Notes: generated by a model from the sequence alone, not told the origin. Positions 1 through 12,377 are shown, counted from the stretch's first letter. The stretch: 64,000 nt of DNA from an uncultured Verrucomicrobiae bacterium (GCA_963702845.1 OY969763.1:416001-480000), one strand, 5' to 3'. Program-made: numbers and translations.

Positions 1-136
1 CGATGCGCTCGCGGCCGAAGCGCTTGAAGATTTTCAATGAACGCAAAATTGACGACCTGATTGTCGTCGAACGGAAAATACCGAACCCATCGGCCTGATC
101 GATTCCCAGGATTTGCCAAAATTGAAATTGATGTGA
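1..136 (+). CDS. 3' end of a CBS-domain protein, probably KpsF/GutQ-family sugar-phosphate isomerase (partial, frameshifted)
   Basis: Joining frames by hand gives DALAAEAL/KIFNERKIDDLIVV/EPIGLIDSQDLPKLKLM*, a typical C-terminal CBS repeat; TGA at 134-136. Confidence 0.6.
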
Positions 137-197
137 GAACGAACCTGATTCAAACTTCTCGCTGCAATCTTGTGCCGTCGGAGCCGTTTGCTTCAAC

Positions 198-923
198 ATG
201 AGTGCCCAGGAAAAACCACAGGACAAATTCCAACGCGCCGAGCATTTCGAGAAAAAAATCACGAAGACCGTTGAAGCCGATTATCTGCTGTTCCTGCCGA
301 AAGGCTACGAAAGAAATAAAAAGCAATGGCCGCTGATGTTGTTCCTGCATGGAGCAGGGGAGCGCGGCACGAATGTCTGGCGCGCTGATATTCATGGCCC
401 GAGCCGATACGTCGCCACGCATCCTGATTTCCCGTTCATTCTCGTTTCACCGATTTGTCCCGGTGGCGACGAGCATTGGTCGAACGAGACGCTCACCGCG
501 TTGCTCGATTCAGTAATCAAAAAATACAACGCTGATCCCGAACGCATTTACCTTACCGGGCTGAGCATGGGCGGCTATGGCGCATGGAGTTTCGCGGTCG
601 CGCATCCCGAAAAATTTGCGGCGGTGATTCCGATTTGCGGCGGTGGTGAAACAATTCACGTTCACCTCGGCCGTTTGGGTTATCTAAAACCGGAAACCAA
701 AGAAGCTCTCAAGACGTTGCCGATTTGGGCATTTCACGGCTCGAAAGATTCCGCCGTGCCGGTCAACGAATCCGAACACATGGTCAGAGCGTTTAAAGCT
801 CTCGGAAACACCGAAGTGAAGCTTACGATTTATCCTGGCGTCGAACATAATTCATGGGAACAGACTTACAACAATCCGGAAATCTACGACTGGCTTCTCG
901 CGCACAAGCGTTTGGAGAAATAG
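198..923 (+). CDS. Alpha/beta-hydrolase (carboxylesterase/phospholipase or predicted peptidase family)
   Basis: LFLHGAGERG, nucleophile elbow GLSMGG, FHGSKD Asp and GVEH His. Confidence 0.85.
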   Translation: MSAQEKPQDKFQRAEHFEKKITKTVEADYLLFLPKGYERNKKQWPLMLFLHGAGERGTNVWRADIHGPSRYVATHPDFPFILVSPICPGGDEHWSNETLTALLDSVIKKYNADPERIYLTGLSMGGYGAWSFAVAHPEKFAAVIPICGGGETIHVHLGRLGYLKPETKEALKTLPIWAFHGSKDSAVPVNESEHMVRAFKALGNTEVKLTIYPGVEHNSWEQTYNNPEIYDWLLAHKRLEK

Positions 924-2311
<1,388 letters not shown>

Positions 2312-2315
2312 GAGG

Positions 2316-3550
2316 TCAAATCTCCAAAAGGATGCGCGCGGGACTTTCGATGTTTTCCTTCACCCGCTTCAGAAAAGTGACTGCTTCGCGGCCATCGACA
2401 ATGCGATGATCATAACTCAACGCGACATACATCATCGGACGGATGACCACTTGGCCCTGCACGGCAATGGGTCGTTCTTGAATCGTGTGCATGCCGAGAA
2501 TTCCGTTTGAGGCGGGTTAACGATGGGTGTTGATAGCAGCGATCCATAAATTCCGCCATTCGTGATCGTGAACGTGCCCGGCTGCAGTTCGTCGGGTTTG
2601 AGTTTGTTCTCCTGCGCGCGTTTCGGGAAATCGGCGATGTGTTTTTCAGTTTCAGCAAAGCCAAATCGCTCGGCATTGCGCAGAACTGGAACAACCAAAC
2701 CTTTGCCGCTGCCGATGGCGATGCCGATGTCGAAGTAGTTGTGATAGACAATGTCATCACCGCGAATGGAAGCGTTTAATTGCGGTGTCGCCTTCAACGA
2801 TTCAATCGTTGCACGGACGAAGAACGACATGAACCCAAGTTTCACGCCGTGTTTCTTTGTGAAATTTTCCTGATGCTCTTTGCGCAATGTCATGACTTGT
2901 GAAATGTCGATTTCGTTGAAAGTCGTCAGCATCGCCATCGAATGCTGCGCTTCGACAAGTCGTCTTGCGACCGTTCGTCGCAAAGGCGTCATGCGCACAA
3001 CTTCTTCTTCGCGCTGTGGCTGTATCTCCGGCGTCGATGTGGGAGGTTGAACGTTGGACGTTGGACGTTGGTTTTTGCCCCTCTCGATGTGCCGCATGAC
3101 ATCTTCTTTAAGATGCGACCGCCGGGGCCGGTCGGCTGCACTTCTTCAGCGCTCGTTTCGGTTTCGGCCAACATCCTGTTGCGCGGCCGGCATTACGCGT
3201 CGTTTTGGTTCGGCGGTAGGGCGTGTCGTTCCGCGGCTGCCGCTTGGTTGCGGCGTAGCTGATTGTTCCTGTGTCGCGGGCCGAGCGGCGCGTGCTTCCT
3301 GCTGTGGTTTTGCGGCCGGATCAATTTCCGCGATGGTTTCGCCGATGCGCGCTTTGTCTCCCTTATGCTTCGTGATCTTGGTTAGAACCCCTGCGCTCGG
3401 TGCAGGCAGCTCAACCGTCGCCTTTTCAGACTCGAGGGCGACCACGTTCTCGTCCTTCTCAACCGACTCACCTTCGCGCTTAAGCCAATCGCCAATTTCG
3501 ACTTCGGTAATCGATTCCCCCACGGACGGCACTTTTAGTTCAATCGCCAT
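2316..3550 (-). CDS. sucB: Dihydrolipoyllysine-residue succinyltransferase (2-oxoglutarate dehydrogenase E2), frameshifted
   Basis: Lipoyl domain [16 protein letters not shown]...ESEKA, E3-binding [10 protein letters not shown], catalytic [29 protein letters not shown]-terminus [11 protein letters not shown]. Confidence 0.9.
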
Positions 3551-3614
3551 AATCCACCAGAATACAGTCAACCGTATTGACCAATTTGCAACCTGAGGAC
3601 TCCGGGCGTTGCTG

Positions 3615-4289
3615 CTAATTACCATGGACGGCCAGCAACCGTTCGGCGTCGGCGAGCCTCATTCGAACCTCTCTTAATTCACATTCCAGTTTATCGCGTT
3701 GCGCACGGATGTTATTTGCCTCACGCGATTCGCGGCGGATTTCCAATTGAGTCACCACAAATCGCGAAAGCACGCGCAACGCCTGTTCTTGAATCGGCGT
3801 CAAGTCGCGCGGCACTTGATCAAGGACACAAATTGTCCCAAGCATATAGCCATCTTTCGTGATCAAGGGAGCGCCGGCGTAGAAGCGAATGTTCGGTTTG
3901 CATTTGACCAGTGGATTATCGGCAAAACGGATGTCGGCCATCGCATCATGAACCACCAACAAACTGTCACCCAAAATGGCGTGAGCACAAAATGAGATGT
4001 TCCGCGACGTTTCGCTCACTGAAATGCCATAAGTCGATTTGAACCACTGCCGATTTTCATCAATCAGCGTGATGAGCGCGATGGGCGCTTCACAAATGCA
4101 GGCGGCCAATTCGGTGAGGTCGTCGAAGGCCTGTTCCGGCAATGTATCGAGAATGTCGTATTGCCAGAGCACTTCCAGGCGCTTTTTCTCGTTTGCCGCC
4201 AGCGGTGCGCTCGGACAACGTTGCGCCAAATGTTCCATGTACGCTTTATCCTGCTCCGTGACAGACAGAGATGGTTTGGGGCGTGGCAT
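3615..4289 (-). CDS. Stand-alone GAF-domain protein with C-terminal coiled coil
   Basis: YDILDTLPEQAFDDLTELAA, RQWFKS, SFCAHAI, IRFYAGAPL, GTICVLD; start codon uncertain. Confidence 0.85.
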   Translation of the reverse strand: MPRPKPSLSVTEQDKAYMEHLAQRCPSAPLAANEKKRLEVLWQYDILDTLPEQAFDDLTELAACICEAPIALITLIDENRQWFKSTYGISVSETSRNISFCAHAILGDSLLVVHDAMADIRFADNPLVKCKPNIRFYAGAPLITKDGYMLGTICVLDQVPRDLTPIQEQALRVLSRFVVTQLEIRRESREANNIRAQRDKLECELREVRMRLADAERLLAVHGN

Positions 4290-4432
4290 AAAATCAATAA
4301 GACCGTGGTGCGACGCTGAATTCAACAGGCGCCAATGCGTTCCTTCGTATCCGAGACCGCATTATGACGCTCTCCGATGCGACACTATGATATGGCGTTG
4401 GAGGGCTGATTCTGCTATGAAATTGCGGGTAA

Positions 4433-4978
4433 ATGACAAAGCACATCCTAAACAGGACCAAGTGTTATCTCGTTGGTAACATTGAAAACGCAAATTCTCC
4501 CGAATCCTGGCGCGACAAAGTTAAAAACGAACTTAAATCGACTGGGATTACCTTTTTCGATCCCCTGAAGAAGCCGTTCCTTGATTCGATCAACGAAGAC
4601 AAGGAGCACATCGCCATGCTTCAACGGCTTCGTACGGAAGGCAATTTCGAGGAACTTTCGCGCATCATGAAAAAGATTCGCGTTGAAGACCTCAGCCTCG
4701 TCGACCGCTCCGATTTCATCATCGCCGTCGTTTCCGCGAAAACCGCCTCATGGGGCAGCGCGGAAGAAGTCTTCTGGGCCAACCGCATGAAGAAACCGAT
4801 TTTCCTCGTGGTGTCTGAAGGCAAGCGCGGATGTCCGTTCTGGATTTTTGGTACGCTCAAGCACGATCAGATTTTCGAAACAATCGACGATGTCATTGCC
4901 GAGTTGGCGAAAATCGATTCTGGCGAGAGGCAAATCGATTGGAGCCAGTGGAAGATTTTCCGCGAGGAATATCGCTAA
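4433..4978 (+). CDS. Nucleoside 2-deoxyribosyltransferase/N-glycosidase-like protein
   Basis: YLVG...WR...FFDP start and DLSLVDRSDFIIA...SWGSAEE...A..KKP pattern of the NDT fold. Confidence 0.65.
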   Translation: MTKHILNRTKCYLVGNIENANSPESWRDKVKNELKSTGITFFDPLKKPFLDSINEDKEHIAMLQRLRTEGNFEELSRIMKKIRVEDLSLVDRSDFIIAVVSAKTASWGSAEEVFWANRMKKPIFLVVSEGKRGCPFWIFGTLKHDQIFETIDDVIAELAKIDSGERQIDWSQWKIFREEYR

Positions 4979-5009
4979 ACTCGCAAGCCGTCCAGCGGCT
5001 GTGTCAAAG

Positions 5010-7581
5010 ATGAATCTTTGGATTCGTGCTCGCACGCAAACGGCTTTCCTTGAGTTGGTGGTCGCAAGCTCGCTCGCGATTTTTTGCTGTGCGTCAATTG
5101 CCGCGAGCGACCCGGTGCAGAAACTCACGATCGCGCCCGGGTTCAAAGTCACGCCCATCTATTCCGTCCCGCCGGAGCAAGGCTCATGGATTTGCATGGC
5201 AGCCGACCCTCAGGGTCGACTGCTCATCTCGTCGCAAATTCCCAGTTTCCCCAGTATCACACCAGCCCAACCAACTCTATTCCGCCTCACAATCGCGGAT
5301 CAAAAGGTCTCGCGCATCGAGAAAATTCAAAAGCGAGTTAGCGAACCGCAGGGCATGCTCTACGCGTTCGACAGTCTTTATGTCAATGTCAACGGTCCTG
5401 GCCCGGAAGGCACCGGCATTTACCGTCTTCGTCAGCGCGGGCGTGACGACTTCGATGACCCCGAGCTGATACGGTCGATCAATTATAGCGGCGAACACGG
5501 CTCACATGCGCTCGTCCTCGGGCCTGATAAAAAAATTTACATCGCGAGCGGGAATTACATCGATCACTCCCAACCGCCGAACAAAATTTCTGCCGCGTCG
5601 CCCTTTCAATCATTTCGGTGATGATCAATTGATTTGCCAATTATCCCGATGCGAAAGGTATTCCCGAAGGTGCCACAAACTCGCCTCGTGGAACGATTGC
5701 TCGAATGAATGCGTCGGGCGGCGAGTTCGAAATTTTCTGTGGAGGACCCGCAATATATACGACATTGCGTTCAATCAGGACGGTGAACTCTTTGGCTTTG
5801 ATAACGATCACGAACCGGATTGGGGCACTCCATGGTATCGTCCCTGTCTGCTTTATCACCTGGTCTCTGGAGCCGATTATGGGTTCCGCGAAGGCAGCGG
5901 CAAATTGCCCGACTACGATGAAGACATTTTGCCCGCGGTGAAAAAGGTCAGCATCGGCGCACCGACTGGAATCAAGTTCGCAACTGGAACAAAATTTCCG
6001 GAAAAATATCGAACCGCCTTGTTCATGTGCGAATGGAATTACGGACGAATCTTTGCCGCACATTTACAGCCGAACGGAGCCAGTTACACCTGCGACATCG
6101 AGACGATTGTCCATGGCAGCGCCCCTCAATGTCACCGACATCGAGGTAATGCCCGATGGCTCCATGTATTTCATCACTGGTGGACATGACACACGATCGA
6201 CGTTGTATCGGCTCGACTACACCAACCAGGTTCAAGCAACGGACGCTGTGGCATCTCAACCGGCAGAAAAGGGAGATGCCAAGCTTCGATCTGTCCGACA
6301 TCAACTCGAAATGCTTCACGGCGATCTGATAGTTCCGCCATCGAATTGATTTGGCCTTTCCTTGGCCACACCGACCGCGAAATTCGTTACGCTGCGCGGG
6401 TCGCGCTCGAATCGCAACCGGCGCGGAATTGGAAAGACCGTGCACTAAACGAAACGAATCCCGTTACAGCGTTGACCGCGCTTTTGGCGTTGGCGCGAGT
6501 TGGGGATAAAAATGTCCAGCCGTCGCTGCTTCAATCCATTTCGAAATTTCCTTTTGCGGCTTTGCCAACGGACGAAGCGATTTTGAAACTGCGAGTGCTC
6601 GAACTGAGCTTTATTCGCCAGGGCCGACCAGACGTCGATACTGGGGCTCGAATTGTCGCCGAGTTGAGTTCCGAATTTCCGTCAACGTCCGAACCTCTGT
6701 CTCGCGAACTTTGTCAGTTGCTCCTCTATCTTGGTGACCAGACAACTATCGCCAAAACGCTGCAACTTGCGCACGACGCGACGACTCGCGAAAGCCAGAT
6801 TTATTATTTGAACCGCCTAAGTTCGATTTCTAATGGATGGACCTTTGATCAGCGCAAAGATTATTTCCGTTTGGTGCGTGGGCCATCACGACCGGCCCCA
6901 GATGCGGACTTAGTCGCTCTCATCAAAGATGCCGGCACCGAATACACAGACGGAGGAGGGTTCGATAAATACCTCAAATTATTCCGAAATGAGGCTGCAA
7001 AGTCTTTAACCGTTCATGACCGGGTTTTGCTCAATGACGACATGTTCGAGCCTGCCGAAACGCGCGCCGGCTCCTTTAAAAAAAGGTTTGTCAAAAAATG
7101 GGCGGTGCAGGACCTCACGAACTCGCTGTCGCAGATCAATGAAACTCGCAATCTCGGCAACGGACGTATCGCCTTCGAATCGGCCAACTGTATTCTTTGC
7201 CATCGCTTCAAGCAAACTGGTCGCAGCGTTGGTCCTGATCTGACCGCCATCGCCCAACGCGCGACCGCCCGAGACATTCTTCAATCAATTCTCGAGCCGT
7301 CGAAAGTCGTCGCCGATCCGTATCGCGATACGATCTTCTTTCTCAAGACTGGCGATGTTTTCACAGGGAAAGTAATGGAGACGTCTGCCGACCAAATCAC
7401 CGTGTTAACTGATGAAATGAATCAACGGACCGTTTCGATCAAAAAGAGCGATATCGATAGTAGCCAAACTTCCAAAGTTTCTCCAATGCCTGAGGGGTTG
7501 GCAGATTATCTCACTGAAGCGCAAATTCTGGACTTGATCGCCTATCTACTGTCCGGAACCGACGCGAAAAGCGTTCATTAA
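5010..7581 (+). CDS. PVC-type heme-binding CxxCH protein (beta-propeller, HEAT-like region, cytochrome c), frameshifted
   Basis: Signal peptide, GEHGSH, RNIYDIAFNQDGELF, WYRP, CILCH heme motif, GPDLT, SPMPEGL; spread over ~5 ORF-track fragments. Confidence 0.8.
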
Positions 7582-7602
7582 GCAGTTTGACCCAAGTAAT
7601 AT

Positions 7603-8256
7603 TTACAAACCGAGGATCGCGTGCAGTTCGCGAAAGTCGCTGATGGTGTATTTCGCCATTTTTGCGACTTCCGGTTTTTTGGGGTTGAACGCGACAGATA
7701 ATCCGACGCGTTCGAACACGGAAAGGTCATTCTCGTTATCGCCGATGTGGCAGATTTCTTCAGGAGAAACGTTATACTTCGCGCAGATTTCCGGAATGCG
7801 TAGGTGCTTTTCCCAGGTGGGCACGTCGTAATTGAGTGTGCCGGTGAAAACGCCGTCGCGATGATGAACGCGATTGCAGAAGGTGAATTCCATCTCCGTT
7901 TCGTCGGCGGCATGTTGACCGACTAAATCAACGCAGCTCGAGAGCAACCCGCGAACCAGTTTGCCTTTCGTCGCAGCGAGGAACTCCTTTACGCCGGCGG
8001 AGTAGGGGACGGGATACAAGACTTCGGCCGCTTGAGCGAGGGGGCGACCGACCAGGTCGCTGACGTCTTCTTCGGCCCATTGTTGGTCGAAGGTTTTCTT
8101 CGGGTAATATTTTTGGGTGCGGACGTCCCACTGTTCCTTCAATCCGTAAGCGAAACCAAGCGCGTCCCAACTCGAATGGAAAATGCTGCCAACTTCGGTG
8201 TAGGCGAACAGACAACCATCGCCGTCGATGGTCACGACTTTGATTTTGCTCGCCAT
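7603..8256 (-). CDS. HAD-superfamily phosphatase (phosphoserine phosphatase-like)
   Basis: Motif I DGDGC, motif II LLSS, motif III K, motif IV GDNEND. Confidence 0.85.
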   Translation of the reverse strand: MASKIKVVTIDGDGCLFAYTEVGSIFHSSWDALGFAYGLKEQWDVRTQKYYPKKTFDQQWAEEDVSDLVGRPLAQAAEVLYPVPYSAGVKEFLAATKGKLVRGLLSSCVDLVGQHAADETEMEFTFCNRVHHRDGVFTGTLNYDVPTWEKHLRIPEICAKYNVSPEEICHIGDNENDLSVFERVGLSVAFNPKKPEVAKMAKYTISDFRELHAILGL

Positions 8257-8259
8257 GGT

Positions 8260-9609
8260 TTAATGGCCGGATTTGCCGGGCGGGACAGTTACTTTGCCGA
8301 GAATCGTTAGCATCAACAGACCGCCAATAAAACCAAATGGGGCCATGAAGTAAAAGTAATGGCCCATATTCTTGTCCAGAATATCGCCGAGGATCCAGCC
8401 AGCGAGGCTTCCGCCAAAATATTGGAACGAGTCAATCAGCCCGAGAGCGAATCCAGCCATGCGCCGGCCGCCGATGTCCATCGGTGCTGCGGCCCCTAGG
8501 ATGGAGTGTGTTGAGTTCGCGGTGAAGGCAATCAACAGGAAGAACAAAATTGCGGCGTTAGCAGTATGAAATTGCGCGGCAAGCAGGATAACCGTTGTTT
8601 CCAAAAAATAGAGCCCAGCGGCGACCGGTGCGCGGCGACCTTTGAAAACGGTATCAGAAATGTATCCAGAACTGAGCGAACCGATGGACGCGACCAGCGG
8701 AATCATGAAAGCAAGAAACTGGAAGCTCTTTGAGTTCAGGTCGACGTGATAGAGGTCCTGCATATAACGCGGGAACCATTGATCGACGGCTTGCCGCACA
8801 GCCCCAGTGCAAGCGTAAGCGGCTGCAGTGACCCAGACGACGGGGTTGCGAACAATACTTTGAAAAACCGTTTTAAAACTGGCGTGGGAACCGTCGGCGG
8901 CGCGCGGGGAATCATCAGGAATGATGTTGTGCCAACCGGCTTCTTCGGGCGTTTCCTTAACGAAGATCGCCATTGCGATGGCGGCAACTGCACAAATCAT
9001 CGAGGGAGCCCAAAACAACCAACGCCAGTGCAACGGCGGCACGCGCATCATTCCGAGGAACAAGAAGCCGGCTAACAACGCTGGACCGAGCTTGAAAATT
9101 CCAAATCGACCGAGGTTGATCATGAAACCGAAAACGCCGGAGAAACGACCGCGTTCGCGATGTTTGAACCATGCCGCGTTGATCTTGACCATGCCCGGAG
9201 CGCCATAGGCCTGGAAGTAACCGTCTATGCTGCGAATGGCGATGAACAGACCCAACATTCCCCAAAATGAGGCGACACCGAACAGGATGTTCATAACCAC
9301 AGTGCCACAGGCTCCAATCAACATTGCCTTCTTGCCTCCAATGCGGTCGGTGATCAGACCATTGATGATTTGGCCACAGGCATACGCCAACATCGCGAAC
9401 GTGATGATTTTTCCAACATCTCCGCGACTGAAACCGTACTGATCGCTAATGGATTTATTAGCGATCGAAAGGTTGTATCGGCACATGTAAAAGCTCGTGT
9501 AGAGCAGGCCGAGTAGTCCCCAGTTGAGACCGCGACGGCGCCGAAAACCTTCTGGATAACGCGCGTCGACGTCGGTGGTTGAGACTGGGGAAGTTACCGG
9601 AGCGATCAT
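8260..9609 (-). CDS. MFS transporter, organophosphate:Pi antiporter (GlpT/UhpT-like)
   Basis: YMCRYNLS first helix, G.ITDRIG loop, WF..RERG, ~12 hydrophobic segments. Confidence 0.85.
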   Translation of the reverse strand: MIAPVTSPVSTTDVDARYPEGFRRRRGLNWGLLGLLYTSFYMCRYNLSIANKSISDQYGFSRGDVGKIITFAMLAYACGQIINGLITDRIGGKKAMLIGACGTVVMNILFGVASFWGMLGLFIAIRSIDGYFQAYGAPGMVKINAAWFKHRERGRFSGVFGFMINLGRFGIFKLGPALLAGFLFLGMMRVPPLHWRWLFWAPSMICAVAAIAMAIFVKETPEEAGWHNIIPDDSPRAADGSHASFKTVFQSIVRNPVVWVTAAAYACTGAVRQAVDQWFPRYMQDLYHVDLNSKSFQFLAFMIPLVASIGSLSSGYISDTVFKGRRAPVAAGLYFLETTVILLAAQFHTANAAILFFLLIAFTANSTHSILGAAAPMDIGGRRMAGFALGLIDSFQYFGGSLAGWILGDILDKNMGHYFYFMAPFGFIGGLLMLTILGKVTVPPGKSGH

Positions 9610-9662
9610 GTTGTTTGTGGTCCCGCAGAGCTAAGCAAACTGCCGCTCTGCGGTCAAAGCTT

Positions 9663-10694
9663 TTACAAGGTGTTTAACGCATCGACCAGCGCGCGCAAGC
9701 GACCGTAGCTGCGTCTGTCGAAGCCAAAGGCGATGCGCGGCAGGTTGAGAGCAGCGACTTCGTCTTGTTCTTCCGGCAACGCATCGATCAGACGAATTGG
9801 TTCGCCAGCGATGATATCATCGAAGTCTTCGTTCAACGCCTGGATCGCCGAGGGCGTCGGCGTGTTCTTCAAACGAACGACCAGCGTGTCGCGCACCCAA
9901 CGCATCGAATGATAGTTTCGATAGAAACGGATGATGTGTTTGATGGCGTCATCGTTGTTTTCGAAAATGCGATAGATCTTGGTGTCGGTTTCGTTGATGA
10001 GCTTATGGCGAAGCAGATGTTCATGGATATTCTTGTCCCATGTGCGCCAGAAGGTCGAACCGGGTGGGTTGATACAAACCAACGGACGCAAACGGCTCTT
10101 GCCGGTTTGCATCAGAGTCAGTGCTTCGAAGCCTTCGTCCATCGTGCCGAAGCCGCCGGGGAACAACGCGATCGCGTCGGCCTGGCGGATGAATGTCACT
10201 TTGCGAGTGAAGAAGTATTTGAAATTAACGAGCTTCTTGTCGCCGGAGATAACCGAGCTGGTCGATTGTTCGTGCGGCAAACGAATGGCGGCGCCGAAAC
10301 TGTTGTCAACGCCAGCGCCTTCGAGGCCTGCTTGCATGATGCCAGGGCCCGCGCCGGTGATGACCATCCATTTTGCTTCAGCCATCTTGCGACCGAAATC
10401 GAGCGCTTGCTTGTATTCCGGTTCTTCGGGTTTTGTGCGAGCGGAACCGAAGACGGTAATTTTCTTTCTGTCCGCGTAAGGTGCGAAAGTTTTGAAGGCG
10501 TAGCGCAGTTCGCGCACAGCGGTTTGAATGACGCGGACATCGCCTCGGTCTTCAACGTCGTGAAGAATTTTGAGGGCGTTGTCGATGATGTCTGCGACGA
10601 GTTCCTGATTGTGACCGCAACCTTTGTAGACGATTAATTCCTGAATTCTGCGAAACAGCTCCGGGTCGATTGGAGCCTTGACGGGCTTATCCAT
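9663..10694 (-). CDS. LOG-family (TIGR00730-like) nucleotide monophosphate nucleosidase with N- and C-terminal extensions
   Basis: VFGSART, ITGAGPGIM, FKYFFTRK, PGGFGTMDE. Confidence 0.88.
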   Translation of the reverse strand: MDKPVKAPIDPELFRRIQELIVYKGCGHNQELVADIIDNALKILHDVEDRGDVRVIQTAVRELRYAFKTFAPYADRKKITVFGSARTKPEEPEYKQALDFGRKMAEAKWMVITGAGPGIMQAGLEGAGVDNSFGAAIRLPHEQSTSSVISGDKKLVNFKYFFTRKVTFIRQADAIALFPGGFGTMDEGFEALTLMQTGKSRLRPLVCINPPGSTFWRTWDKNIHEHLLRHKLINETDTKIYRIFENNDDAIKHIIRFYRNYHSMRWVRDTLVVRLKNTPTPSAIQALNEDFDDIIAGEPIRLIDALPEEQDEVAALNLPRIAFGFDRRSYGRLRALVDALNTL

Positions 10695-10782
10695 ACTTTT
10701 TTCCTAACTACTCAACTAAGGGTGAAAAGCGTATCACAGCGCGCACGCGCAAAGCAAAGACAATGCGTGATTTTAGCTGGTT

Positions 10783-11970
10783 TTAATGCGCTGCGGACGC
10801 CATTGGTGCAACGGCACGATGGCCGCTTTCCGGCTGCACAACGCTGGTGTGTCGTGCGCCGCGAGTGACCTCGCGGATGTAACGGACTTCCTCCTGGTTA
10901 TAAGGAGTGCCGTCAGCTCGGAAAATGTCGTGGAACCACGTCGGTGGTTCGTCGCCGTATTGTTTTTCCCAGGAATCCCACGGGAAAATGGTCTGCGTTT
11001 TGCCGGAGACAAAGCCCCAGTTGTAAGCGCCGACATGTTGTTCTTTTAAATAGCCAAGGACCGGGTTGAAGGTGCTGCCCATCGGACGCGCCATATATTC
11101 ACTGCAAACGATCGGGCGATTGTAGCGGCGGAGATGGTCGATGCCTTTTGTGATTTCTGGCAGCTTGGAATAGTTGTGGAAGGTGATGATGTCGGATTCT
11201 TCCAATTGCTCGTGTTCCGTGGGAGAGAGCTTTTCGACATTGCCCCAGTTGCCGATCCAGACGCCGGAGGTGAGCGGCTGAGACGGGTTCATTTCGCGAG
11301 CCCAGATGAAAGTTTTCTTCAGCAGTTGAAGCGCGGCTTCTTTTTTGTTCGGCAGTTCGACTTTGCGATATTGCGGGACCGGGTTATCGGGTTCGTTGAA
11401 GATGTCCCAGACTTGCACGCGGCGGTCGTTGCGGAAATGGCCGACGACATCTTGCACATAGGGTTTGAGTTGGTCCTGGAGTTCAGCGCTGGCGAGAATG
11501 TTTGCGCCGGGGCTTTGGACCCAACCGGAGTTGTGTGTGTGCGGACGCGGTTCGCGTTGTTTGCCCGCTTGAGGGAACGGGTCCCAAACGCTGTCAAAAA
11601 TAACGAACATGACGCCGATATTGTGTTTGTCGGCCATGCCGAGGAATTGATCCATGCGATTGATGAATCCTTTTGGATCCTGTTTCCAGGCGAGGTCATG
11701 CAGGAAAACGCGAACGCTGGTGAAGCCGAGGCTTTGTGCAAAACCGAGTTCGCGATTGATGGTTTTCGGGTCCCATGTTTCAGCCTGCCACATCTCGAGT
11801 TGGTTGATGGCAGTGCTTGGGGCGAAGTTGCACCCGACGAGCAAGGGTTGGTTGGAATACCAGCTGTTCGCTTTGGCCTCAGTCCATTTGGCCCGGGCCT
11901 GGAGCGGTTGTTGCGAACCGGTGCTGCAGCCGAGCAGGAAAGCGATGGCGATGAGTTGTAAGAGTCTCAT
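10783..11970 (-). CDS. Clan GH-A (GH5-like) glycoside hydrolase, lipoprotein
   Basis: Lipobox LLGC, NEP acid/base, CSEYMAR nucleophile, NWGFVSGKTQT. Confidence 0.8.
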   Translation of the reverse strand: MRLLQLIAIAFLLGCSTGSQQPLQARAKWTEAKANSWYSNQPLLVGCNFAPSTAINQLEMWQAETWDPKTINRELGFAQSLGFTSVRVFLHDLAWKQDPKGFINRMDQFLGMADKHNIGVMFVIFDSVWDPFPQAGKQREPRPHTHNSGWVQSPGANILASAELQDQLKPYVQDVVGHFRNDRRVQVWDIFNEPDNPVPQYRKVELPNKKEAALQLLKKTFIWAREMNPSQPLTSGVWIGNWGNVEKLSPTEHEQLEESDIITFHNYSKLPEITKGIDHLRRYNRPIVCSEYMARPMGSTFNPVLGYLKEQHVGAYNWGFVSGKTQTIFPWDSWEKQYGDEPPTWFHDIFRADGTPYNQEEVRYIREVTRGARHTSVVQPESGHRAVAPMASAAH

Positions 11971-12165
11971 GTGCTTTTGGGTTGTTAGTTGTATGCGTTG
12001 TTTGGGGAAAGGCAAGTGTTCAGTGTTCGGGTTTCAGGTGTTTTTACCACCAGGGACACCAAGGGAAGGGGGCGTGAGTGGGTGGGTCGGTAAGTCGGAT
12101 TGAGCACGATGGGGTTGTTGAGTTGTGTTCATAGCGTTTGGTAAAAATATTTTTTTGGGTTTTGG

Positions 12166-12256
12166 TGGACGCAGGTGGTCGTTGTTGGATGAAAGTGGAT
12201 GTTAGTGGACGAAAGTGGGCACCCCCTTTGGGTCGAAAATGGACGAAAGTGGGCAG
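12166..12256. repeat. 10-bp-phased (G)TGG direct repeats plus a duplicated 16-mer TGGACGAAAGTGGGCA
   Basis: TGG at 12166, 12176, 12186, 12196, 12206, 12216; 16-mer at 12206 and 12240. Confidence 0.75.
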
Positions 12257-12377
12257 GTCGAGTAGCAACCAAGGCAGAGTCACCATCGACAAAGAATTGT
12301 CATGGCTCGCTTCGTTCGGTGCGGGAATCGGAATCCCCGCGTTGTCTTCATGATGCATGTATCGCATAACGCGACTG

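Noticed and set aside
12160..12260. CRISPR array (also considered at 58559-58652 and 59973/61412)
   Set aside because: Repeats too short and too few, no regular unique spacers, no cas genes
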